Source: Opitutales bacterium
Lineage (GTDB): Bacteria > Verrucomicrobiota > Verrucomicrobiia > Opitutales > Coraliomargaritaceae
Direction of reading: 5' to 3'
Assembly (NCBI GenBank): GCA_049606355.1
Contig: JBMYVL010000008.1
Location: 30,001 to 62,000 of the forward strand
DNA: 32,000 bases
Position numbers and translations under genes: made by a program
The notes under the pieces: generated by a model
The model's input: only the letters and a program-made list of their open reading frames with translations
What the model was told of the DNA's origin: nothing
Database searches by the model: none
Shown: one piece after another, positions 7,788 through 16,341 of the stretch
How the letters are laid out: each line of letters begins with the position of its first letter
Numbering within the stretch: position 1 is the first letter of the stretch

Positions 7788-9464
7788 TTAGAAAACGCAC
7801 AGCCCGGCAATCAGAAGTACGATGAGCGTGATCGGTGCGCTGAGTAAATGCCAGTGGCTGAGGCTGCGTTGCCGGTAGTGGACCCAGAACAGTATCGCGA
7901 AATAACACGCGAGCAGCGCATAGCTGTATTGGATGGGAAACGTAGGGCTCTCGAGGATCGCACCCGGCAACTGTGTGAATTTAACAATCATCGCATCCAT
8001 GACCGAGAGGACCAGCCATGCGGCATGATTGATGAACGTGCTGACGAGTGAGGGCAGCACGAAGGCACAGGCGAATGAGATGACTCCGGTGCAAATGACC
8101 AAAGCAGCCAGATTGACGAGCAGCATATTGAGGAGCACTGCACCCGGTGCGAAATAGCCAAACAAGCTCGCACTGAGTGGCGCACTCGCCAGCCACGCGG
8201 CTAAACTGATGGAAGCGAGCAGCACCAGCGTATGGATTCCCCATGCGCAGCTGTGCTGCCACCATCGCCAGGAATCTTTAGGGAGCCAGCGAAACGGTTG
8301 CCACTGTTCACGAAGTACGACCTGCAGGGGCAGTCCGAAAATAAGAATACTCAGGACCACCGTGTAGGAAAGTTGAAAGCCGATGCTCCACAGCTGTGTG
8401 GGTTGAATCAGCAGAACAAAGAGCGCGGACCCCACCAGCGCAGCGACTGGATTCCGTTGACGTTGCAGGGCAAAACTTGCCCAGAAAAAGGCTGCCATCA
8501 AAAAGGCGCGTACTGCTGAAGGCGACGCTCCGGTGATTTCAACGTAGAGATAAAGGAACGGTAGGCCGATCCACGGATTGAGGCGCCGTGGAATACGGAT
8601 CAAGTTTAGAAACTGCGCGATCACAGTTGCGATCACCCCGATGTGCAGCCCACTGATCGCGAAAAGGTGCATGGTGCCGGTCATTTGATAGCGTTCCCTT
8701 TGCTCGGGACTCAGTTCCGCTTTATGCCCGAGCAGCATCGCTAAATAGATCGTGTCCACCTCTGCATGGGCGGGTGCGCCGCGGCGCAAGTAGCTTTGCA
8801 GGCGATCCTTCATCCGCGCGCAAAAGAGGGCGAAGCGAGACGGTGGTTTCAATGGCCGCAGCACAACGGCTTTTTCAAAGCGATACTGCACCCCGCTTCG
8901 GTTGAGGAAGCGTTCAAACCCGTCCGTGCTCGAGTTGCCGATCGGGTAGAGCACTCCCTTGGCTTGAAATTGCATCCCACGCAGCATCTGCAGTGGCATC
9001 GCTTTCGGTGTTTCGACGCGGAAGTAAATCGCTTGCTTGGCTTTAAGTCGACTGAGCTGCGGTGCTGCGACGACATGTGCGATGCCACTGGATTTACCGT
9101 AGGTATCGTGGGCCCGAAAGACCTGGTCTATCTCGAGGCTCAGTACGGCTTCGCGCGGCGGCAGGGCCAACGAGGCATCGCTTGGCTGCGGTGGCAGGCG
9201 GAGGAGACCATAGGCCCAGATCGTCAAGAAGCTGGCGGTTAGAAAGCTCAGCGTCCACACGCGGCCGGAAGAGCTGTAACGGTAAGCGAGCAGAGCGGGA
9301 ATCGCAGCAAGGACACTGAGGGCTAGGGGTGTCACACTGGGGCCGTAATGCGCTGCGAGTAGCCCTGCGACGGTGCCAATGAGTAGATAGAGGAGGGGTG
9401 CCCGAAGCTGGCTGGGTTGCGGTCTGAGCATAGGTGTGCGGAAAGTGAGGCGAGTGGGGTTCAC
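7788..9464 (-). CDS. comEC: ComEC/Rec2 family protein (DUF4131 + competence domain, no C-terminal MBL domain)
   Basis: Polytopic membrane protein containing FERFLNRSGVQYRF (OB/DUF4131 region) and AMLLGHKAELSPEQRERYQMTGTMHLFAISGLHIGVIA (competence-domain signature). It ends at 558 aa with no HxHxDH metallo-beta-lactamase module. The start is GTG 9464 or ATG 9431. Confidence 0.75.
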   Translation of the reverse strand: MNPTRLTFRTPMLRPQPSQLRAPLLYLLIGTVAGLLAAHYGPSVTPLALSVLAAIPALLAYRYSSSGRVWTLSFLTASFLTIWAYGLLRLPPQPSDASLALPPREAVLSLEIDQVFRAHDTYGKSSGIAHVVAAPQLSRLKAKQAIYFRVETPKAMPLQMLRGMQFQAKGVLYPIGNSSTDGFERFLNRSGVQYRFEKAVVLRPLKPPSRFALFCARMKDRLQSYLRRGAPAHAEVDTIYLAMLLGHKAELSPEQRERYQMTGTMHLFAISGLHIGVIATVIAQFLNLIRIPRRLNPWIGLPFLYLYVEITGASPSAVRAFLMAAFFWASFALQRQRNPVAALVGSALFVLLIQPTQLWSIGFQLSYTVVLSILIFGLPLQVVLREQWQPFRWLPKDSWRWWQHSCAWGIHTLVLLASISLAAWLASAPLSASLFGYFAPGAVLLNMLLVNLAALVICTGVISFACAFVLPSLVSTFINHAAWLVLSVMDAMIVKFTQLPGAILESPTFPIQYSYALLACYFAILFWVHYRQRSLSHWHLLSAPITLIVLLIAGLCVF

Positions 9465-9502
9465 ACTTGCAAGATCCGTGCCTTCTGAGAATCGTAAGCC
9501 TT

Positions 9503-10858
9503 GTGGCCAATACTTCGGATCAGTCAGATCTATTTACGGGTGGAGACTCCGGCGCGGCGTCGACGGCGCCTCGCCCGCTTGCAGTGCGCATGCGCCCGCG
9601 CCGATTGGATGAGCTGATCGGGCAGGAGCATATCGTGGGTGCGGACTGTTTGCTGCCACGCCTGATTCAAGCGGACAACTTCGGCAGCTTGATTTTTTGC
9701 GGTCCGCCGGGCTGTGGCAAAACTTCGCTCGCTGAAGTCATTGCTGCAGAGACCGGCAGCCGCTTTGTGCGTATCAATGCGGTGCTCTCCAATGTGGCCG
9801 AGATCCGCGACGTCCTGCGCCTCGCGCGCTATGAGCCGACCCAGCGCACCATCTTGTTCATCGATGAGATCCACCGCTTCAACAAGTCGCAGCAGGATTT
9901 ATTGTTGCCAGACGTCGAGGCGGGCACGATCCGTTTGATCGGCGCGACCACGCACAATCCCGGCTTTTACGTCAATGCACCCCTGCTCAGTCGCAGTCAC
10001 TTGTTCCGGCTCGAGCCGGTGTCAGTCGACGCCCTGTGTCAGGTGCTGGCGCAGGCCTTGCAGGATGTCGAGCGTGGGCTCGGGGCGCATCGCTGCACGG
10101 CGGATGCCGCGGTTTTTACGGCGCTGGCAGACTTCTCGGGGGGCGATTTGCGCCGGGCATTGAATGCACTGGAGACCTTAGTCTTGAGCCATCCGAATGG
10201 CGCGCACCTCAATGAGGCGAGTATTGCAGCCTTTGCTCAGGAGCGGCAGCTGCGCTACGATCGTAATGAAGACGAACATTATGACCATGCCTCGGCGATG
10301 ATTAAGAGCATTCGTGGTTCAGATCCCGATGCGGCACTGTACTGGACCTTTCGCATGCTGCAGGGCGGCGAAGACCCGCGTTTTTTGGCGCGGCGCTTGA
10401 TCATCCTCGCGTCCGAGGATATTGGCTTGGCGAATTCCCATGCGCTGGGGGTCGCCGTCGCTGCCTTTGAGGCCTGCGAAAAGGTCGGCTTGCCGGAGTG
10501 TGAGTACGCCCTCGCGCATGCGGTGCTGTACTTGGCGACCTCGCCTAAAAGTAATTCCGTGACGCGCGCGCTGTCTGCGGTGAAGCAACACTTGCGTGAG
10601 GAATCTCCGCAGGCGGTGCCGCTCTGGCTGCGAGACGCGCATACTAAGATCAATAAAGCCTTCGGGCACGGTGCGGAGTACCGCTACAGCCATGATTACC
10701 CGCAGGGCATCAGCGGACAGGAGTACCTGTTAAATCCACAAAAATTTTATGAACCTGGCACCGCGGGTGCTGAGCAGGCGACCGCGCAGCGCATGCAGCA
10801 GCTCGCGCACTTGAAGGCGCAGATTCAACAGCGCGAGGGCAGGACCACGGAGCCATGA
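9503..10858 (+). CDS. rarA: Replication-associated recombination protein A (RarA/MgsA AAA+ ATPase)
   Basis: PLAVRMRPRRLDELIGQEHIVG, Walker A GPPGCGKTSLAE, Walker B ILFIDEIHRFNKSQQD, GATTHNP, and the C-terminal MgsA motif ALYWTFRMLQGGEDPRFLARRLIILASEDIG. The start is uncertain: GTG 9503 is preferred, and the TTG 9467 in the track would abut comEC. Confidence 0.85.
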   Translation: MANTSDQSDLFTGGDSGAASTAPRPLAVRMRPRRLDELIGQEHIVGADCLLPRLIQADNFGSLIFCGPPGCGKTSLAEVIAAETGSRFVRINAVLSNVAEIRDVLRLARYEPTQRTILFIDEIHRFNKSQQDLLLPDVEAGTIRLIGATTHNPGFYVNAPLLSRSHLFRLEPVSVDALCQVLAQALQDVERGLGAHRCTADAAVFTALADFSGGDLRRALNALETLVLSHPNGAHLNEASIAAFAQERQLRYDRNEDEHYDHASAMIKSIRGSDPDAALYWTFRMLQGGEDPRFLARRLIILASEDIGLANSHALGVAVAAFEACEKVGLPECEYALAHAVLYLATSPKSNSVTRALSAVKQHLREESPQAVPLWLRDAHTKINKAFGHGAEYRYSHDYPQGISGQEYLLNPQKFYEPGTAGAEQATAQRMQQLAHLKAQIQQREGRTTEP

Positions 10859-10904
10859 ATCGAACCGCTTGCGCAAGCATCCAATCGGGGGCACCCCTTT
10901 ACTC

Positions 10905-11378
10905 ATGAATACGATACACTGGAACCGTCTTTTAAAATCCGGCTTGCTCATCTGGCTGGGGGTTTTGTTTGCCGCCACTCTTTTCTCCGGGATTCACTTT
11001 CAAAGCTTCGACGCCTTGTTAATCGCGGCGCTCCTGCTGAGCCTCTGTAATGTGTTTCTCAAGCCCTTGCTCATGGTCGTCGCGTTACCCTTCATTGTGC
11101 TCACCTTCGGCTTGGGGATATGGTTGATCAACGCTTGGCTCTTTTTGCTGGTGGCGAGTTGGGTCGAGGGCTTCGCGGTCGATAGCTTTGCAGCTGCCCT
11201 GGCCGGTGCGATGGTCGTGAGCCTGACGGGCTGGGCGGCCAATACTCTTTTTGGACCGCCTCACAAACGCGGCGTACGGGTGCAGGTACAGGGGCGCCGC
11301 ACGGCAGCCGATCCAGCGCCACGCCGAGCCTCCGAGCGCGCACACGCACTCGATCGCGAGGATGTCATCGACATTTAA
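10905..11378 (+). CDS. DUF360 / phage-holin-4_2 family membrane protein (YvlD-like)
   Basis: Four hydrophobic helices (LLIWLGVLFAATLF, LLIAALLLSLCNVFLKPLLMVVALPFIVLTFGLGIWLINAWLFLLVASWV, AALAGAMVVSLTGW), the pattern typical of this family. A basic tail of ~45 aa follows. ATG 10905 is preferred over TTG 10869. Confidence 0.6.
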   Translation: MNTIHWNRLLKSGLLIWLGVLFAATLFSGIHFQSFDALLIAALLLSLCNVFLKPLLMVVALPFIVLTFGLGIWLINAWLFLLVASWVEGFAVDSFAAALAGAMVVSLTGWAANTLFGPPHKRGVRVQVQGRRTAADPAPRRASERAHALDREDVIDI

Positions 11379-11451
11379 GCACAGCTATAAGTGTTGACTC
11401 AATACGCGTTCGATTCTGACTGCTGTGCCGAGGAAGTCCTCAATTGTTATT

Positions 11452-12849
11452 ATGGCTAATACAACAAAATACGATCTCGTCGTCATCGGCGGCGGCCCTG
11501 CCGGTTACGCTGCCGCAATCCGCGCCGGGCAACTCGGTAAAAAAGTGGCTTGTGTCGAGCAGGAGCGCCCCGGCGGCACTTGTTTGAACTGGGGTTGTAT
11601 CCCCTCGAAAGCCCTGCTCAAGAGTGCCGAGTTGTACAACAAGATCAGCCACAGCGAGGATTTTGGCATCAGCGTCAGTGGCGTGAGCTATGACTTTGAC
11701 AAGATCATTCAGCGCTCGCGTGGGGTCTCGGATAACATGGCGAAGGGCATTGAGTTTCTCTTTAAGAAAAACAAGGTCGAGTACGTCAAAGGAGTCGGCA
11801 GCGTCAACGTGCCGGGGGTGGTTGAAGTCACCGCAGGGCCCGACCAGGGCAAAGTGCTCAACACCGAGAAGATCCTCATCGCCACCGGCTGCAAGCCGCG
11901 CACCTTGCCGGATCTTGAGGTTGACGGGGAGCGTATCATGACCTCCCGCCAGGCGCTGGAAATGAAACAGCAGCCCAAATCGATCGTGATCGTGGGAGCG
12001 GGCGCCATCGGTGCCGAATTTGCCTATTTCCTCAATGCCTTTGGTACGAAAGTCACCTTAGTTGAAATGCAGGACCAGGTGCTGCCCGTGGAGGATCATG
12101 AAGTGGCCGCAGTGGTGGCTAAAGAATTCGGCAAGCAGGGCATCGATTGCCGGACCTCCACCTCGGTCGAAGCGATCCAGGTCGGCAAAAAATCGGTGAA
12201 GCTGAATCTCGTCAAAGGCGAGCAAACCGAGAGTCTCGAAGTGGACAGTGTGTTGATTGCCATCGGCGTAGTCGCCAACACCGAAGGCCTCCTGTCGGCC
12301 CGCATGAAGCTGGCGCAAGAGCGCGGCTACATTAAGGTCGACGCGAATTACCAGTCATCGGTGGAGGGGATCTACGCAGCCGGCGATATCATTGGCCCGC
12401 CGTGGTTGGCCCACGTCGCCACCTACGAGGCGATTCAGGCGGTGCAAGGCATGTTTGGCCATGGTCCGGCAAAGCGGGTGACGGACTTCCCCGGCTGTAC
12501 CTACTGCATCCCACAGGTGGCTTCGATTGGTCAGACCGAGCGCCAGCTCAAGGAGGCCGGGGTGGACTATAAAGTGGGCAAATTCCCATTCATGGCCTCC
12601 GGTAAAGCAGTGGCCTCGGGGGCTCCGGAAGGTTTCGTGAAGTTATTGGTCGATGCCACCTATGGTGAGATTTTGGGCGCACACATCGTCGGTGGCGATG
12701 CCACCGAAATGATTGCCGAGTACTGCCTCGGCAAGAAGCTCGAAGTGACTGCTGAAGAAATCCACAACACCATCCATGCGCACCCGACCCTCGCTGAGGC
12801 GACGATGGAAGCCGCCGCGGCGGTCTTTGGTGAGGCGATCCATATTTAG
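11452..12849 (+). CDS. lpdA: Dihydrolipoyl dehydrogenase (E3 component)
   Basis: YDLVVIGGGPAGY (FAD), redox-active disulfide GGTCLNWGCIPSK, NAD site IVIVGAGAIGAEFA, GDIIGPPWLAHVA, and C-terminal HAHPTLAEA. No E1 or E2 genes are adjacent. Confidence 0.9.
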   Translation: MANTTKYDLVVIGGGPAGYAAAIRAGQLGKKVACVEQERPGGTCLNWGCIPSKALLKSAELYNKISHSEDFGISVSGVSYDFDKIIQRSRGVSDNMAKGIEFLFKKNKVEYVKGVGSVNVPGVVEVTAGPDQGKVLNTEKILIATGCKPRTLPDLEVDGERIMTSRQALEMKQQPKSIVIVGAGAIGAEFAYFLNAFGTKVTLVEMQDQVLPVEDHEVAAVVAKEFGKQGIDCRTSTSVEAIQVGKKSVKLNLVKGEQTESLEVDSVLIAIGVVANTEGLLSARMKLAQERGYIKVDANYQSSVEGIYAAGDIIGPPWLAHVATYEAIQAVQGMFGHGPAKRVTDFPGCTYCIPQVASIGQTERQLKEAGVDYKVGKFPFMASGKAVASGAPEGFVKLLVDATYGEILGAHIVGGDATEMIAEYCLGKKLEVTAEEIHNTIHAHPTLAEATMEAAAAVFGEAIHI

Positions 12850-12919
12850 CCCCGAGCGCAGCGCTGAAATGTGACGCGTGCGCTGGCGTGTCGGGCATTT
12901 CCCTGCATGCTGCTCTGCT

Positions 12920-13897
12920 ATGTTGCAGGTCAAAGAGCGCGGCGGGCTGTATTTGCCCGATTGTGGGCTGTGGATGGATGCGCGGCGCGCGAAGCCCTTC
13001 GCAGTCGTTACACACGCCCATAGCGACCACACCGCGCGCCACCACTCGTTTGTCGCCACCGCAGCGACACTCGATTTCATGCGCGTTCGTCTCGGCGCGG
13101 CGGTCGCCCGGCGCGGCATCCCGCTCGCCTATGGGCAGGTCTATGCGCATGGGCCAGTGAAGATTCAGCTGTATCCGGCCGGGCATGTGCTCGGCTCGGC
13201 GATGGTGCGTGTGGAAGCGCCCTCGGGGGAGTCGCTGCTCTATACGGGCGACTTTAAGACACGCCCCGGTCTTGCCGCCGAGGCGATTGAAATTCCGCAG
13301 GCCGATACCCTCGTCATGGAGTCGACCTTTGGTCGGCCGGACTATCGGTTCCCGCCCAGTGCCGAGGTGCAGGCGCGTATTTTAAGCTTTTGCCGCCACA
13401 CGCTGGAAGCACAGCAGGTGCCGATCCTGCTCGCGTACTCGCTCGGCAAAGCGCAGGAACTGCTGAAGCTCCTGGCGCCGACGGGCTGGCCGCTGATGGC
13501 GCACCGCAGCATCCGCAGTCTGAATGCGGTCTACCGGCAGCACGGCATCCCGCTGCCGTCCACGCGCCCGCTGGATTGGGAGCACCTCAGTGGGCAAGTC
13601 GTGCTCCTGCCGCCCTCGCTGCGCAAGCAATTCCCCGCAGGCTTGCCCCCGCATCGCACCGCGATGCTCAGCGGCTGGGCCCTGCACGACGCCGCGCGCT
13701 ACCGCTACCGCACCGATACAGTCCTCCCGCTCTCCGATCATGCCGACTACTGCGACTTGCTGAACTTTGTCGAACAGGTCAACCCGCGTACGACTTATCT
13801 GGTGCATGGCGCGACGGCCGACCTTGCTGCCGATCTGCGCCGGCGCGGGCGCGAGGCGTGGTCACTGCAGGGCGATGACCAACTCGAATTGCTTTGA
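12920..13897 (+). CDS. MBL-fold beta-CASP hydrolase, resembling the ligase-associated DNA damage response exonuclease
   Basis: N-terminus MLQVKERGGLYLPDCGLWMDARRAKPFAVVTHAHSDHTARH. Then GHVLGSA, YTGDFK, ESTFG, LSDHADYCDLLNFV and TYLVHG, which are MBL motifs 2-4 plus beta-CASP motifs. The size (~325 aa) and N-terminal pattern fit that exonuclease family. Confidence 0.65.
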   Translation: MLQVKERGGLYLPDCGLWMDARRAKPFAVVTHAHSDHTARHHSFVATAATLDFMRVRLGAAVARRGIPLAYGQVYAHGPVKIQLYPAGHVLGSAMVRVEAPSGESLLYTGDFKTRPGLAAEAIEIPQADTLVMESTFGRPDYRFPPSAEVQARILSFCRHTLEAQQVPILLAYSLGKAQELLKLLAPTGWPLMAHRSIRSLNAVYRQHGIPLPSTRPLDWEHLSGQVVLLPPSLRKQFPAGLPPHRTAMLSGWALHDAARYRYRTDTVLPLSDHADYCDLLNFVEQVNPRTTYLVHGATADLAADLRRRGREAWSLQGDDQLELL

Positions 13898-13959
13898 GGC
13901 CGGGCGCGCTTTTCACGTTGACGCCGCAGGCCCGCTGCAAATGCTAGCGCGACGCATTC

Positions 13960-14034
<75 letters not shown>

Positions 14035-14219
14035 GTTGTGGTGCGGATGCAATAGAGTGTGCGGGGTCTATTGGGTGGGCGTGGTGATGGTTTTGCGCAG
14101 CCGTGCGGCTTTTGATGAAAACTTTAGCCTATGCTAAGTAGTTGATGGAAAGCGGCTTGGGTCTACAGGCGGGCGGTATTGGGAGTGGTGGGGCAATTTT
14201 TTAGGGCTACTTACAGGAT

Positions 14220-14235
14220 TGGCACACGCATTGCT
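14220..14235 (+). promoter_or_regulatory. Sigma-54 (-24/-12) promoter upstream of the first amt-glnK pair
   Basis: TGGCAC-acgca-TTGCT matches the TGGCAC-N5-TTGCW consensus exactly, with correct GG-to-GC spacing. It lies ~105 nt upstream of the amt ATG (14339). Nitrogen-regulated amt-glnK operons are classic sigma-54/NtrC targets. Confidence 0.65.
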
Positions 14236-14338
14236 TAATGCGTGCCAAGTTCGCGTGTTTGCGCGGGCATGCCGGTCGCCCGCAAGCGGCGCATCGGTCT
14301 CAACTCCTGATACTAAGAATAACCTGAAACATAACACC

Positions 14339-15739
14339 ATGAAGATTAAACACTTCTTACTTACACTATTGTTTAGTGGCATCGCATTTATGTGCGTGTC
14401 GGCTAATCTCAATGCCGAGGTTCTGTTGGACCCGATGGCATCCGGCGATGAAGACTACATCGCACTCCTGGAAGCGCAGGGCGAATACGCCTACGCCTTC
14501 GACTTCTTTACCACGTCGATGTTGTGGACGGTGATTGCGGCCGCGCTGGTGTTTATCATGCACCTCGGCTTCGCAACGCTGGAGGCGGGTCTGACGCAGT
14601 CGAAAAACACGGTTAATATTCTCTTCAAGAATGTGTTCATCATCTCGATCGGTGTCATCAGCTACGCCGTGATTGGTTTCAACACGCACTATCCGGGAGA
14701 TTTTAACGGCTGGCTGAGTTTTGGAAGCATGATTGGTGATTTGAATGCCGATGGCGGTAATACCTTCGGTTACGGAGGTGTGGGCCTGGCCATGACGGGT
14801 TACGGTGACTTTATCTTCCAAGCCATGTTTGCTGCGACGGCGGCCACGATCGTATCCGGTGCAGTGGCAGAGCGTGTGAAGCTCGGTAGCTTCATGATTT
14901 TTGCAACCCTGCTGGTTGCGGTTGCCTACCCGGTGGTCGGTTCCTGGCACTGGGGTGGCGGCTGGCTCGGTGGCCTGAATGGCGGCGCTGGTTTCAAAGA
15001 CTTCGCGGGTTCGGCTGTGGTGCACGCCTTCGGTGGTTTCGCTGCACTGGCTTGTGTGCTCTTGCTGGGGCCCCGCGCCGGTAAGTACGTCGACGGTAAG
15101 ATTAAGCCAATTCTTGGCCACAGCATGCCGCTCGCTACGATCGGTGTCTTCCTGCTCTTCCTGGGCTGGTTCGGTTTCAACGGTGGTTCGGTGCTCTCTG
15201 CAGACATCACCAACGTCGGCCTGGTCTTCACCACGACGACACTGGCTGCCTGTGCCGGTGCACTCGCTTCGATGGCAGTATCCTGGATCTTCCTGAAAAA
15301 GCCGGACCTTTCGATGTCACTCAATGGTATCCTGGCCGGTCTGGTCGGCATCACCGCCAACGCTGACATTGTATCGCCGATGGGTTCGATCATCATCGGT
15401 CTGATCGCGGGTGTGATCGTGGTCTTCTCGATCATCTTCTTCGACAAGATCAAGATCGATGATCCGGTCGGTGCGATCTCGGTACACGGTGTGTGTGGTA
15501 TCTGGGGTATTCTCGCCTGCGCACTCTTCGACGTAACCGGCAGTGGCTACACTGTTATCGGACAGCTCACCGGTGTGGTCGCTGTCGGTATCGCGGCCTT
15601 CGTCTTCTCCATCATCGTATTCGGCCTGCTGAAGGCGACGATCGGTATCCGCGTCTCACCAGAGGAAGAGGCTGAAGGCCTTGATATTGGTGAGCACGGC
15701 CAAGAAGCCTATCCGGACTTCGCTCCGAGCTCGCGCTAA
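14339..15739 (+). CDS. amt: Ammonium transporter (Amt family), copy 1
   Basis: Signal-peptide-like N-terminus MKIKHFLLTLLFSGIAFMCVSANLNA. Amt motifs are present: FIMHLGFATLEAG, AVAERVK, DFAGSAVVHAFGGFAAL, GWFGFNGGS, DDPVGAISVHGVCGIWG. ATG 14339 is preferred over the TTG 14219, which lies inside the promoter. Confidence 0.9.
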   Translation: MKIKHFLLTLLFSGIAFMCVSANLNAEVLLDPMASGDEDYIALLEAQGEYAYAFDFFTTSMLWTVIAAALVFIMHLGFATLEAGLTQSKNTVNILFKNVFIISIGVISYAVIGFNTHYPGDFNGWLSFGSMIGDLNADGGNTFGYGGVGLAMTGYGDFIFQAMFAATAATIVSGAVAERVKLGSFMIFATLLVAVAYPVVGSWHWGGGWLGGLNGGAGFKDFAGSAVVHAFGGFAALACVLLLGPRAGKYVDGKIKPILGHSMPLATIGVFLLFLGWFGFNGGSVLSADITNVGLVFTTTTLAACAGALASMAVSWIFLKKPDLSMSLNGILAGLVGITANADIVSPMGSIIIGLIAGVIVVFSIIFFDKIKIDDPVGAISVHGVCGIWGILACALFDVTGSGYTVIGQLTGVVAVGIAAFVFSIIVFGLLKATIGIRVSPEEEAEGLDIGEHGQEAYPDFAPSSR

Positions 15740-16123
<384 letters not shown>

Positions 16124-16154
16124 CGCTGGAGCCGCGCTAACTGCGTTGTTTTCA

Positions 16155-16186
16155 AGCGGTCACCTTCGGGTGGCCGCTTTTCTTTT
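16155..16186 (+). terminator. Rho-independent terminator after glnK copy 1
   Basis: 10-bp stem AGCGGTCACC / GGTGGCCGCT (one G-U pair) with a TTCG loop, followed by TTTTCTTTT. Confidence 0.65.
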
Positions 16187-16341
16187 GTCAGTAGGGTTAG
16201 TTAGTTAAGTAGCTGCTGTTGAGTTCTTTGTGGATTTTGAGGTGGATGGATCTGCGCCTTTGGCTGGCAAAAATGCTTGTGGTTCTCAATCCGCTGCGCT
16301 TGCTTCACCCCTTACCTCAACCCAACTCACACCAACTAGAG

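Noticed and set aside
12850-12919. GC-rich imperfect palindromes after lpdA (CAGCGC..GCGCTG) as a terminator
   Set aside because: The stem is short with a 15-nt loop and there is no T-tract. It is not convincing.
12590-13186. 198-aa and 158-aa minus-strand ORFs spanning the lpdA end and the exonuclease start
   Set aside because: They are antisense to two confidently identified genes and are Arg/Pro-rich and low in complexity. The alternate-frame ORFs at 13382-13807 (-) and 13390-13878 (+) within the exonuclease gene are rejected for the same reason.
14366-15121. 251-aa minus-strand ORF, plus the 175-aa ORF at 14926-15453
   Set aside because: Both are antisense to the well-supported ammonium transporter, and their Arg/His/Thr-rich compositions match no family.
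16261-16277. Sigma-54-like TGGCTGGCAAAAATGCT upstream of amtB copy 2
   Set aside because: The GG-to-GC spacing is 13 from the first GG or 9 from the second, instead of the required 12. It is therefore not a credible -24/-12 element.
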